Assembly: GCA_022710775.1 (NCBI GenBank) | Contig: JAKLGH010000007.1 | Span: forward strand, 9,184-62,133 | Source: Patescibacteria group bacterium | Lineage (GTDB): Bacteria; Patescibacteriota; Minisyncoccia; Minisyncoccales; UBA5738 | DNA length: 52,950 bases | Reading direction: 5' to 3' | Shown here: positions 34,934-44,139 of the stretch, one piece after another | How positions within the stretch are numbered: position 1 is the stretch's first letter | Layout of the letters: the number at the start of each line of letters is the position of its first letter | Program-made: the position numbers and the translations under genes | The notes under the pieces: generated by a model | The model's database searches: none | Told to the model about the DNA's origin: nothing | Seen by the model: the letters and a program-made list of their open reading frames with translations, nothing else

Positions 34934-35098
34934 GGGCCGAGGGCAAACCCTGGGAACAAAAGGAAAAAAGAGGGCCTTGGCATACCGCTTCTAATTCTAC
35001 AGACAAGAAATCATTTCTAACGACGCCAAGGTGTTGATTTCGGGGCTAAGCTCGCCTGCATTGTTTATGCCGCGCCGGGCGGTTTGCCGGGTTCAAAG
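34934..35098 (+). repeat. Intergenic repeat element R1 (165 nt). 5' end GGGCAAACCCTGGGAACAAAA. 3' end GCCGCGCCGGGCGGTTTGCCGGGTTCAAAG.
   Basis: Shares both ends with R2 at 36896-37028. The 5' GGCAAACC and 3' GGTTTGCC can pair. Confidence 0.6.
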
Positions 35099-35139
35099 AT
35101 GATAACATCCGGAGAATAATCGGCTAAATCGGGGGATAT

Positions 35140-36390
35140 TTGAAGATAATCCCTTTGGAAAACGAACATTTTGATTTAAAATCAAACTATATGGAAATAA
35201 ACACAAACCCGCAAAAAATACAAGAGGTATTGCAGAGAGGGGTAAAAGATATTGTTGAAAGGGAGCATCTTGAAGAACAGATGAAGTCGGGGAAGCAACT
35301 TCGGATCAAGCTGGGCATAGATCCAACCGCGGCTGATCTGCATCTTGGCCATTCGGTTGTTTTAAGGAAATTAGCGCAATTTCAGGAGCTTGGCCACAAG
35401 GCGGTTTTAATTATCGGGGATTTTACTACCCGCATTGGAGATCCGTCCGGCCGGACCAATACCCGTAAGCCTCTGACGGAGGAGGAAATAAAGCAAAACA
35501 TGAAAAGCTATATCGATCAGGCTTCGATGGTGATCGACATAAAATCGGCGGAGATACATTATAATGGCGAATGGTACGAACAAAAACCAATGTCTTTTTT
35601 AATGGATCTGGCGGGTCGTTTTACGGTTGCCCGGATGCTGGATCGGGAAGATTTTCAAAACAGGATCAAGCAAGGGCTGGACGTAAGCCTGCTTGAACTG
35701 CTTTATCCTTTGTTGCAGGGATATGATTCCGTTGCGTGCAAGGCCGATGTTGAGCTTGGCGGTTATGACCAGCGGCTGAATGTTTTGTTTGCCCGGCGCG
35801 TGCAGAAAAAATTTAATATGGAAGAGCAGGATGTATTAACTGTTCCTCTATTGGTCGGAACGGACGGGGAAAAGAAAATGAGCAAGTCGGTTGGAAATTA
35901 TATCCGTTTGACGGAAGAGCCCAAAAAGATGTATGCCCAGCTGATGACTATTCCCGATTCTTTGATGTGGAATTATTTTGAATTGCTGACCGTTAAGCCA
36001 AAATCCGAGATTGATTGCCTAAAAACCGAGGTTGCCGATTCAAAAAAACATCCAAGAGACGTAAAAATGGCTCTTGCCGGAGAAATAGTTGCCGGTTACC
36101 GCAATCAGGGCGCAGCAGAAGAGGCTAAAGAGGAATTCATAAACGTAGCCCAATTGGGCGCGCTTCCGTCGGATATCCCGGTTGTAAAAGCGCCGTATGG
36201 CGAAGCCAATATCCTTGATTTTTTAGTATCGATCTCAGCCGCCCCGTCGAAATCAGAGGCCAAGAGGCTGGTTATCCAGAACGGAGTGAGAATTGACGAT
36301 GTTGTCAGAAATGAATGGAGGGATGTTGTTGCGGTTAAAAGAGGGCAGGTTGTCCAAATTGGAAAAAACAAGTTCTTCCGGATCGGTTAA
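35140..36390 (+). CDS. tyrS: Tyrosyl-tRNA synthetase
   Basis: HIGH-type motif (HLGH), KMSKS, and a C-terminal S4-like domain. Putative TTG start at 35140 with GGGGGA upstream. Confidence 0.9.
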   Translation: MKIIPLENEHFDLKSNYMEINTNPQKIQEVLQRGVKDIVEREHLEEQMKSGKQLRIKLGIDPTAADLHLGHSVVLRKLAQFQELGHKAVLIIGDFTTRIGDPSGRTNTRKPLTEEEIKQNMKSYIDQASMVIDIKSAEIHYNGEWYEQKPMSFLMDLAGRFTVARMLDREDFQNRIKQGLDVSLLELLYPLLQGYDSVACKADVELGGYDQRLNVLFARRVQKKFNMEEQDVLTVPLLVGTDGEKKMSKSVGNYIRLTEEPKKMYAQLMTIPDSLMWNYFELLTVKPKSEIDCLKTEVADSKKHPRDVKMALAGEIVAGYRNQGAAEEAKEEFINVAQLGALPSDIPVVKAPYGEANILDFLVSISAAPSKSEAKRLVIQNGVRIDDVVRNEWRDVVAVKRGQVVQIGKNKFFRIG

Positions 36391-36878
36391 GCCGTTTTCT
36401 CTTGCCTTATCAAATAAGTTGCCGCAACCGATAGAGCATCGGCGGCATCATCGGGTTTAGGTATCGCGTCAAGATTTAAGATGCGTTTAATTTCGTTTTG
36501 AATGTCTTTTTTTTCAGCCCGCCCGAATCCGGTAATGGTCATTTTTACTTCCAAAGGGGTAAAGCGGTAGACAGGCATTCTTTTTTTTGCCGCGGCAAGA
36601 AGGATGACTCCTTGCGCCTGGCTGACGGGAACTATTGTTTTAGCGTTCTTAAAAAAGAATACGTTTTCCATAACCAAAGCTTCCGGAGAATATTCCTTGA
36701 TTATCTTGGTTAACTGTTGGTTGATTTTTTTCAGACGATAGGGGAGCGCCATATCCGGTTCCGTCAAAATCGTTCCGTAAGACACACATTCAATAAAAGA
36801 CCTGTTTTTTGCTTTGCTGTGTTTTATAATCCCAAATCCGGTGGTAGCCAGTCCGGGGTCTATGCCGATTATTATCAT
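36387..36878 (-). CDS. ruvC: Holliday junction resolvase RuvC
   Basis: MIIIGIDPGLATTGFGII N-terminus. The start was moved to the ATG at 36878. The ORF track extends to 37067, through repeat R2. Confidence 0.85.
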   Translation of the reverse strand: MIIIGIDPGLATTGFGIIKHSKAKNRSFIECVSYGTILTEPDMALPYRLKKINQQLTKIIKEYSPEALVMENVFFFKNAKTIVPVSQAQGVILLAAAKKRMPVYRFTPLEVKMTITGFGRAEKKDIQNEIKRILNLDAIPKPDDAADALSVAATYLIRQEKTA

Positions 36879-36895
36879 ATTGTTTTTATTGCTTT

Positions 36896-37028
36896 GCGGG
36901 CTACGGGCAAGCCCTGGGAACAAGCTAAGGAAGATGGCTTGTCTGCCCCACAAGCACTCTTCGAGGAAGCAATGTTTGGCTGCCTGCGTGGTTATGTGCC
37001 GCTCCGGGCGGGTTTGCCGGATCCAAAG
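36896..37028 (+). repeat. Intergenic repeat element R2 (133 nt), a paralogue of R1. 5' end GGGCAAGCCCTGGGAACAAG. 3' end GCCGCTCCGGGCGGGTTTGCCGGATCCAAAG.
   Basis: The ends are conserved with R1 and the interior has diverged. The A-to-G change in the 5' arm keeps pairing with the 3' arm as a G-U wobble. Confidence 0.6.
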
Positions 37029-37162
37029 CAATAACGCGCGGTTATTGTTTTGCGGAACACGGAGCAACCATACGGAAAATCATATTTGATTATACCTTAT
37101 TCGGAAAAATTCCTAAACCTAAAAAAATCCCCCGCAAGAATGCGGGGGGAGCCTGTACTGCT

Positions 37163-37897
37163 TTAGTCTTTTAAATTGGAGTAAACATCCTGAACGGCGT
37201 CGTTGTCGTCTAAGAGATCAAACAATTTTTCGCATTGGGCCCGAACCTTCTCGTCAGTTTCTAATTCTTCTTTTGGAATCCAGCCGATGGAGAAAGATTC
37301 AACTTTCACTCCTTTTTCTTCCAATCCCTTTTTTACAGCTTCTGGTTTTTCCGGTTCGGTGTAAACTTCCAAGATATTTTCGTACCAATGGACGTCGCTG
37401 GCTCCTACCTCAATGGCAGCCATTTCCAGATTATCTTTGTTTTTCAGTTCCGGCGTTTGATTGTTTAAATCAACATCCACGATGCCTTTTCTTTCAAACA
37501 TCCACTGAATTGCTCCTTCGCCCACCATTTTTCCGCCGTTTTGATTCAGGATTGTTTTTATTTCTGCCAGCGCCCGGTTCCGGTTTTCCGTGATTCCCGA
37601 TATCAGGACAGCTACGTTTCCCGGCCCGTAAGCCTCAAACAGGAACTCCACAAAAGCCTCGCTGCCGTCGGCTCCCGATGCCCGCGAGATCGCCCTTTCA
37701 ATGTTGTCTTTGGGCATGTTCACCGTTCTGGCCAGATCGATAGCCATTCTTAACTTGTTGTTGGTTTCCGGATTTGATCCGCCTTCTTTGACGGCCACAG
37801 TGATCACTCTGATCATCTTGGAAAAGGCCGCCCCCCTCTTTTTATCCGCGAGATCTTTCTGATGTTTGATTGTTTTTGCGTGAGAATGTCCAGACAT
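37163..37897 (-). CDS. yebC: YebC/PmpR-family transcriptional regulator
   Basis: Conserved YebC N-terminus (MSGHSHAKTIKHQKDLADKKRGAAFSKMIRVITVAVKEGGSNPETNNKLR). Located upstream of ruvC, as is typical. Confidence 0.9.
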   Translation of the reverse strand: MSGHSHAKTIKHQKDLADKKRGAAFSKMIRVITVAVKEGGSNPETNNKLRMAIDLARTVNMPKDNIERAISRASGADGSEAFVEFLFEAYGPGNVAVLISGITENRNRALAEIKTILNQNGGKMVGEGAIQWMFERKGIVDVDLNNQTPELKNKDNLEMAAIEVGASDVHWYENILEVYTEPEKPEAVKKGLEEKGVKVESFSIGWIPKEELETDEKVRAQCEKLFDLLDDNDAVQDVYSNLKD

Positions 37898-38317
37898 GGT
37901 AATGATTTATATTTTTTGAATTATTTTTATTTAACTGGCAGAATGCCTCGGGGCTCTTTCCAGGGGTAGATTATTGGTATATTTTTGCCAATTTGGCTTG
38001 GGGGAAGGCCGCAATGTTTGGTATTTACGATCCAAGAACGAAAAATCGCCATAAACAATGCGAACAACATTATATTAATCAAAAAAACGATTTAGTCAAG
38101 GGTATTTCCGTTAATTATAACAAAATTCGTCAATTTATAACAAAATATGAAGCGAAATAATAATACACCTGTTGCAATTAAGACTGATATATTATAAAAT
38201 ATAAGTCTTCGCAAAAAACAGCGTTTTTCAAAGAAAAAACAGGGTGGTTGGTTATAAACCCGGCCTACCCCTTGACAAAACTTACTAAAAATATTAAAAT
38301 AAGGGATACTTACGAAA

Positions 38318-38442
38318 ACCCCGGAATTGGGGGTCTGGAATTTTTATTTGACGGGTAATCTGGTTGCGACTGGAATATACCTCGTGAAATTCCAAAAATT
38401 GGGCGCAGAACCAATTTGACCCCCGATTCCGGGGTTTTTGCT
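38318..38442. repeat. Inverted-repeat element: 21-bp arms AAAACCCCGGAATTGGGGGTC / GACCCCCGATTCCGGGGTTTT (1 mismatch) enclosing about 80 nt that carry internal TGGAAT repeats
   Basis: Read directly. Located downstream of the PilB-like gene and upstream of the yebC promoter region. Confidence 0.6.
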
Positions 38443-38501
38443 GTAAAATCCCTTCTCAGGCGATAACAAAACTTAAACTATTTTTAGCAATTTATTTTGC
38501 T

Positions 38502-39830
38502 TTATTTTTCCGCAACGCGCTCGACTTCGTCGATTGTTGTAATCCCTTGGATCACTTTGACCAATCCGTCTTGGTACATCGTGAGCATGCCTTTTTTCCG
38601 GGCTTCTTCTTTTATGGCGACTATTGATGTTTCTCCTAATATTAATTTTTGGATATCGCTGTCAATCAGAAAAGCTTCATAAATACCGATCCGGCCGCGA
38701 TAGCCGGTGTTGCTGCAGTTCTCGCACCCTTTGGCGTGGTAAATTTTTAAATTTTCGTCGATGTCCGGCATTTCCACTCCTTTTTGCCGTAAAGGCGGTA
38801 TTATGCTTTGGATGGATTCTTTCAGCTTGGCCATTTCTTCCGAAGTAGGGGGTTCCAAAACGCCGCAAGCGGGGCAAACCCGGCGCAGCAAGCGCTGGGC
38901 CACGGCCATATTTGTAGCGGGACCGATATTGAAGGGCTTGGCCCCAAGGCTTACCAAGCGGGCGATGGTGCCGGCAGCATCGTTGGTATGGAGGGTTGAC
39001 AGAACAAGGTGTCCGGTGAGCGCTGCCTGGAGCGCGATATCAACGGTTTCCAGATCGCGGATCTCTCCGACCAAGATAACATCCGGGTCTTGCCGGACGA
39101 TTGCGCGCAAACCTGAAGCAAAATCGTAACCCTTATCCGGCTCGACCTGGGTTTGTGATATGCCCGCTAGGTGGTATTCGATCGGATCTTCAATGGTGAT
39201 GATCTTGATTTCAGGATTGGCGATTTTCTTCATGAAGGCGTACAGAGTGGTTGTCTTTCCGGAGCCGGTCGGGCCAGTGACAATAATCATTCCGTTGGGC
39301 CGGTTTATTTCTTTTATAAAGGTGTCGTAAAGATCCTTTCTTAAGCCGGCTTGGTCCAAGCTTATCAGGCTTTTCGGATTCAAGATTCTCATCACAACAG
39401 ATTCTCCATATTCGGCGGGGAGGATGGATGCTCTGATTTCAATGGAAACTCCTTCGACTAAAATGGAAAATCGTCCGTCTTGAGGCCGGTCTCCGACATT
39501 TAGCTTCATTTCCGAAAGCAGCTTTATCCTGGAGAGAATCGATTCGTAGGATTTGCGGTTGAAAGTCATTACGTCCTGCAAAACTCCATCCAAGCGGATT
39601 CGGAGTTTTGAATCGCTTTCCTCGGGTTCGATATGGATATCAGAGGAGTCCAAAATGATCGATCCGGCCAGAATAATCTCGATGACCTTAGTAATTGTTA
39701 ATGATGAATCGGCGAGGTATTTTTCAATAACGGCGCTGAATGACGGAATGCTGCTGATTTCCTGCTTCAGCACTGCGTTTAATTCGTCGGGAATGCCTAC
39801 TTTTTGCGTTATCTTTTTTGATACCTCCAT
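38502..39830 (-). CDS. Type II/IV secretion-family ATPase (PilB/GspE-like) with a C-terminal tetracysteine motif
   Basis: Walker A GPTGSGKTTT, Asp box, Walker B, His box, and CPACG...CENC near the C-terminus. Confidence 0.85.
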   Translation of the reverse strand: MEVSKKITQKVGIPDELNAVLKQEISSIPSFSAVIEKYLADSSLTITKVIEIILAGSIILDSSDIHIEPEESDSKLRIRLDGVLQDVMTFNRKSYESILSRIKLLSEMKLNVGDRPQDGRFSILVEGVSIEIRASILPAEYGESVVMRILNPKSLISLDQAGLRKDLYDTFIKEINRPNGMIIVTGPTGSGKTTTLYAFMKKIANPEIKIITIEDPIEYHLAGISQTQVEPDKGYDFASGLRAIVRQDPDVILVGEIRDLETVDIALQAALTGHLVLSTLHTNDAAGTIARLVSLGAKPFNIGPATNMAVAQRLLRRVCPACGVLEPPTSEEMAKLKESIQSIIPPLRQKGVEMPDIDENLKIYHAKGCENCSNTGYRGRIGIYEAFLIDSDIQKLILGETSIVAIKEEARKKGMLTMYQDGLVKVIQGITTIDEVERVAEK

Positions 39831-40017
39831 GGATTCGGATTATAATTTATGATTAAGCCAGAATAAACAATGCCGGGCAGCTTGTGTTGTTTAAAAGAGA
39901 TTGTTTCAAGTTATCCCAGTTCGCCAAAAAAGTCAATTAAAGATTGCCATAAGAAATCCACAGCATGCCGGGTTTACATTAGCCGCCAGACATTTCTAAC
40001 ATAATGCCCAAAAACGC

Positions 40018-40545
40018 ATGGAAAAACAGACATTTTTCAGCAAATCAACCAAAGAAACTCAAAAAATCGGCCGGGATTTGGCAGAGACTTGCTTTAAAAG
40101 GAAGAAAAACCGGGAAGGCGCTTTGGTCGTGGGGTTAAGCGGCGATCTCGGGGGAGGAAAAACCAATTTTACCAAAGGGTTTGCCAAAGGGTTGGGACTG
40201 AAAGCAACGATTACGAGTCCAACGTTCGTGATTCAAAAGATTTATGAAATAAATTTGGAAAACGGCGGATCGGAAACCAAAAAAAACACAGGCAAAGAAA
40301 AAAAACCTAAAAAGCCGAAATTCAGCAAATTTTTCCATATCGACGCTTACCGCATTCGCGGCGAAGGGGAAATGGAAACGATCGATTTCCCGAAAGCCTT
40401 AAAAGATCCGTCAAACATAATCGTTATTGAATGGGTTGAAAATATTCCTAAAGCCGTTTTAAAGAACTTTTTGAAGAATTTTATTAAGGTTTTGTTTGAG
40501 TACGCCGGCAGGAATGAGCGTAAAATAACAATCGAAGGTCTTTAA
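40018..40545 (+). CDS. tsaE: tRNA threonylcarbamoyladenosine biosynthesis protein TsaE
   Basis: P-loop GDLGGGKT, a Lys-rich insertion, and a C-terminal motif of the YjeE family. Confidence 0.75.
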   Translation: MEKQTFFSKSTKETQKIGRDLAETCFKRKKNREGALVVGLSGDLGGGKTNFTKGFAKGLGLKATITSPTFVIQKIYEINLENGGSETKKNTGKEKKPKKPKFSKFFHIDAYRIRGEGEMETIDFPKALKDPSNIIVIEWVENIPKAVLKNFLKNFIKVLFEYAGRNERKITIEGL

Positions 40546-40608
40546 CGGCTCATTATTTCCATTGATCCGTGCTAACATTATAGAAACCGCATCGGCGGAT
40601 ATCCTTTC

Positions 40609-41556
40609 ATGGAAACAGAAAAGAAATTCATCATCATCGACGGAAATTCCGTCGTCCATCGCGCTTATCATGCCTTACCCGATCTTACCGACAAAAATGG
40701 GGAAGCTGTCGGGGCTATTTACGGGTTTATTCTCGCGCTGTTTAAAATAGTTAAGGATTTTGAGCCCGATTACCTCGCAGCCTGTTTTGATACCCCAAAA
40801 CCGACTTTCCGCCATCTCGAATTCAAGGAATATAAAGCTAAAAGGCCGGCTACGCCCGAAAATCTTAAATCCCAACTTGGCAGGGTAAGGTCGCTGCTTG
40901 GCGATCTTGACGTCGCTTTTTTCGAAAAAGAAGGTTTCGAGGCCGATGACTTGTTAGCGACTATAATAAAAAAAACCCGCGAGGAGGCTGCCGGCCGGGA
41001 ACTTATGGTTTATGTTTTGACCGGAGACCGCGACAGTTTACAGCTTGTAAACGAGCGGACTAAAATGTATATTTTAAATAGAGGGGTTAAAAACAGCTTT
41101 ATTTATGACCGTGAAAAAATCCTCAATGATTACGGAATCGAGCCCGAACAAGTTGTTGCCTTAAAGGCTCTGGCAGGCGATACGTCCGATAACATTCCGG
41201 GAGTCCCCGGCATAGGAGAGAAAGGAGCCTTGGAATTGCTGAAGAAATATAAAACGTTGCGCAACATATACGAATGCGCCGAAAACGAACCGGCAAATTT
41301 TTTGGACGGCTCCAAGGCGAAGTCGGCTAAGATAAGGGACCTTCTGCTGGCCAATAAAGAAAAAGTTTTTTTCTTTGAAAAAATGGTTCGGATGCGGGAT
41401 GATGCGCCGATAGATTATTGCCTTAAAAAGTGTTTTTTTACCGATTTCGATAAGCTAAAAACCGAAACGGCGCTTGCCAAGCTCGGATTTATGAGCCTGG
41501 TAAAACGCATTCCGTTCAAAACGCACTTGGTGATCCAAACACTGTTTAAAATCTAA
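40609..41556 (+). CDS. Stand-alone 5'-3' exonuclease (Pol I N-terminal / FEN-like domain)
   Basis: IIDGNSVVHRAYHALP N-terminus and an H3TH motif region (GIPGVPGIGEKGA). Confidence 0.85.
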   Translation: METEKKFIIIDGNSVVHRAYHALPDLTDKNGEAVGAIYGFILALFKIVKDFEPDYLAACFDTPKPTFRHLEFKEYKAKRPATPENLKSQLGRVRSLLGDLDVAFFEKEGFEADDLLATIIKKTREEAAGRELMVYVLTGDRDSLQLVNERTKMYILNRGVKNSFIYDREKILNDYGIEPEQVVALKALAGDTSDNIPGVPGIGEKGALELLKKYKTLRNIYECAENEPANFLDGSKAKSAKIRDLLLANKEKVFFFEKMVRMRDDAPIDYCLKKCFFTDFDKLKTETALAKLGFMSLVKRIPFKTHLVIQTLFKI

Positions 41557-41624
41557 GATCCGAGAGTTTTTTAAGAAGCGTGTTTCTTAAAGGAGTTTAT
41601 CATTAGCGGTTTGATCCGCAACTT

Positions 41625-42848
41625 ATGTCGCTAGATATCACAACCTGGCTGGTGATCAATAAAGTGATCATCGTTCTAGTGAATATCGTCGGGTTTTGGC
41701 TGGCCGGTACGAGCCTGTTTGGATCTTTAGGCCAAAAAACGAACAAATATTTCTTCATTTTCGCTACTTGCTTGCTCGTCTGGATCGATCTTCAGTTTGT
41801 TATTACCTTCTCATCTTTTTTATTCCCCCTGCCTTTTAATATTCTTGGCGCATTATGGGCGAAAAGGCTGACTTACGCCGTTTTAGCGCTTTTTTTTATT
41901 TCTTTTTATTATTTTACTTTGTATTTTCCGCGCGAAGGCCAGCGTTCCCGGGCGTTTGATATCGGTTTTGTTTCGGCGTGGGTGGTTCTTTTCCTCCTGT
42001 CTTTTTCCCCCTGGATGGTATCCGAGGTTTTTTCCCCTAATATGATAACGGGAGCGGGGGATGCCGTCTATTATTACGCCATCATTATTTCCATCTTTGT
42101 CTGCTTGTTTAACGTCTTAAGCAAAAACCGTTATCTTACCAGCCAGGAAAAGGAAAAGGTCAATAACTTGATGCGAGGCGTCATTATTTTTGGCGCTTTC
42201 AAATCTTGGCCGCTCACAACGGTAGCTTACGGCAGCATTCTAAGCCAGTATTCCTTGATTTTTTTATTGGGGTTTGTCGCTTATGCGGTAAACCAGAAAG
42301 AGATCTTCGAAATGAAAGTGATCCTGGTCGAATTGCTGCTGGGCACCATCGGGGCGATTCTGCTCATTCTGCCTTTTGTGACGGAAAATATTTGGCTGAA
42401 AGCCGCGCACTACGTTCTTTTCATCTTATTTTGCGTTTTTTTTGACATCATAATGAAAAGCGTAATTAAGGAGTTCCAGGAGAAAGAGATATTGGAAAAA
42501 AAGGTGGAGCAGCGGACAGGCGAATTGGAAGCGGCCAAAAAAAACCTGGAAGAGACCAATGCCGTCCTTGAAGTAAGGGTAAGAGCGCGTACGCTGGAAT
42601 TGCAAAAATTAAACCAAACCTTGGAAGAAAAGGTGGAAGAAAGAACTGTCGACCTTCAGGAGAAAATGAGAGAATTGGAAAGGTTTAACCGGCTTTCCGT
42701 CGGCCGGGAATTAAAAATGATCGAGTTGAAAAAAAAGATCGCGGATATGGAAGATGAGCAAAAGAAAAAACCGAAAAGGCTTTTAGGCGACAAAATGGAG
42801 AATAAGGGGGCGGAACCGTCTTCTGCCAGCCAGTTAAAAGCGGATTAA
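41625..42848 (+). CDS. Multi-TM (about 8 helices) membrane protein with a C-terminal coiled coil carrying two signalling-helix motifs (…ERT.EL / ERTVDL…). It has no kinase domain.
   Basis: Tandem paralogue of ORF 42852-44102. The coiled-coil motif is shared with the N-terminus of the histidine kinase at 44140. Confidence 0.6.
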   Translation: MSLDITTWLVINKVIIVLVNIVGFWLAGTSLFGSLGQKTNKYFFIFATCLLVWIDLQFVITFSSFLFPLPFNILGALWAKRLTYAVLALFFISFYYFTLYFPREGQRSRAFDIGFVSAWVVLFLLSFSPWMVSEVFSPNMITGAGDAVYYYAIIISIFVCLFNVLSKNRYLTSQEKEKVNNLMRGVIIFGAFKSWPLTTVAYGSILSQYSLIFLLGFVAYAVNQKEIFEMKVILVELLLGTIGAILLILPFVTENIWLKAAHYVLFILFCVFFDIIMKSVIKEFQEKEILEKKVEQRTGELEAAKKNLEETNAVLEVRVRARTLELQKLNQTLEEKVEERTVDLQEKMRELERFNRLSVGRELKMIELKKKIADMEDEQKKKPKRLLGDKMENKGAEPSSASQLKAD

Positions 42849-42851
42849 AAA

Positions 42852-44102
42852 ATGTTAGAAAACATAGCTCAGCATTTCGTATTGATAAACAAATTAACGG
42901 TTTTTTTGATAAATGCGATCGGCTTAGAGCTGGCTTTTTGGGTTTATTTTATCAACCGGAAACAAAGGGTCAATAAACTTTTTTTATTTTTCACTCTTTG
43001 CTTGATAGTCTGGGTCGATTTTGATTTTTTAGGCACATTCGCGCCGTTTCTTTTCGCGGAAGCCGATGTTGTGTGGGTGACGCTGATAGCCACCAGGATT
43101 ATTTTTGCTTTTCTGTGCCCGTTTTTTCTTTTTTTATATTTTTTCTCGGTTCATACCTTAAACCCCGACAGAAAGCCTAAAATAATGGAAGTTATTCAGT
43201 CGGTAGCATGGACCGTGCTGCTTGCCCTTTCGTTTACCGACTTGATTGTTGCCGACGTTGCGATCAATCCTATCGATCCGATAGCGACACAGGTAATTCC
43301 CGGCCGCTTTCTAATCTTTTATTTAATTTTTGCGGTTTTCTCTTTCGCGATATCTTTGCTCAATCTGGCCAAAAAATACGCAAAGATGTCTTCAGCCACG
43401 AAAAAGAAATTTTCTTACATCCTTGCGGCTTTAAGTCTATTTGGGATTTTTAACATAATATTCAACGTTGTCATTCCGGCATATTGGAATGTTTATCCGG
43501 GGCAAATATCCCTTATCGGGGATTATTCGATCATTCTGCTTCTCGCTTTCGCCGGCTACTTAATCATAAAAGAGAGGTTGTTTGGCATAAAAATAATTCT
43601 AACAGAGATTCTGATAGGTTTGATGGGCGCCATTCTGGCCATCATGCCATTTTTAATCGATGTGCTGTGGCAGCGCATCCTTCTTGCCCTGCTTTTTTTC
43701 CTTTTTTGCATTTTTAGCTACCTGCTCATCAAAAGCACCATTAGGGAATACCGAGAGAAAGAATTGTTGGAACATCAAGTAAGGAAAAGGACGCAAGAAT
43801 TGGAAAGCGCCAAGAAAAACCTTGAAGAATTAAATACCGTTTTGGAAATCAGAGTGGCGGCTCGGACGGCGGAATTGGAAAAATTAAATCAAACCCTCGA
43901 GGAAAAAGTGAAAGAAAGAACTACCGATCTCAGGCAAAAGATCAGCGACCTGGAAAAATTCCAAAAACTAACTGTTGGACGGGAATTAAAAATGATAGAA
44001 TTAAAAAAGGAAATAGAAACGCAAAAGACGCGAGTCAAACAGCTGGAAGCTAAAAAAGGAAAAAGCGATTTGAAGCTGAAGGCGGCTGTGGCGCACGGTT
44101 GA
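42852..44102 (+). CDS. Paralogous multi-TM membrane protein with a C-terminal signalling-helix coiled coil
   Basis: Same architecture as 41625-42848. The C-terminal …LNQTLEEKV.ERT.DL..K...LE.F..L.VGRELKMIELKK segment is about 70% identical between the two. Confidence 0.6.
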   Translation: MLENIAQHFVLINKLTVFLINAIGLELAFWVYFINRKQRVNKLFLFFTLCLIVWVDFDFLGTFAPFLFAEADVVWVTLIATRIIFAFLCPFFLFLYFFSVHTLNPDRKPKIMEVIQSVAWTVLLALSFTDLIVADVAINPIDPIATQVIPGRFLIFYLIFAVFSFAISLLNLAKKYAKMSSATKKKFSYILAALSLFGIFNIIFNVVIPAYWNVYPGQISLIGDYSIILLLAFAGYLIIKERLFGIKIILTEILIGLMGAILAIMPFLIDVLWQRILLALLFFLFCIFSYLLIKSTIREYREKELLEHQVRKRTQELESAKKNLEELNTVLEIRVAARTAELEKLNQTLEEKVKERTTDLRQKISDLEKFQKLTVGRELKMIELKKEIETQKTRVKQLEAKKGKSDLKLKAAVAHG

Positions 44103-44139
44103 CGGCAAGCGGCGACTTTATTGTCTCAAAAAAGCGACA

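Noticed and set aside
36879-37067. N-terminal 63-aa extension of ruvC in the ORF track
   Set aside because: The extension is a read-through of repeat element R2. The canonical RuvC N-terminus (MIIIGIDPG) starts at 36878.
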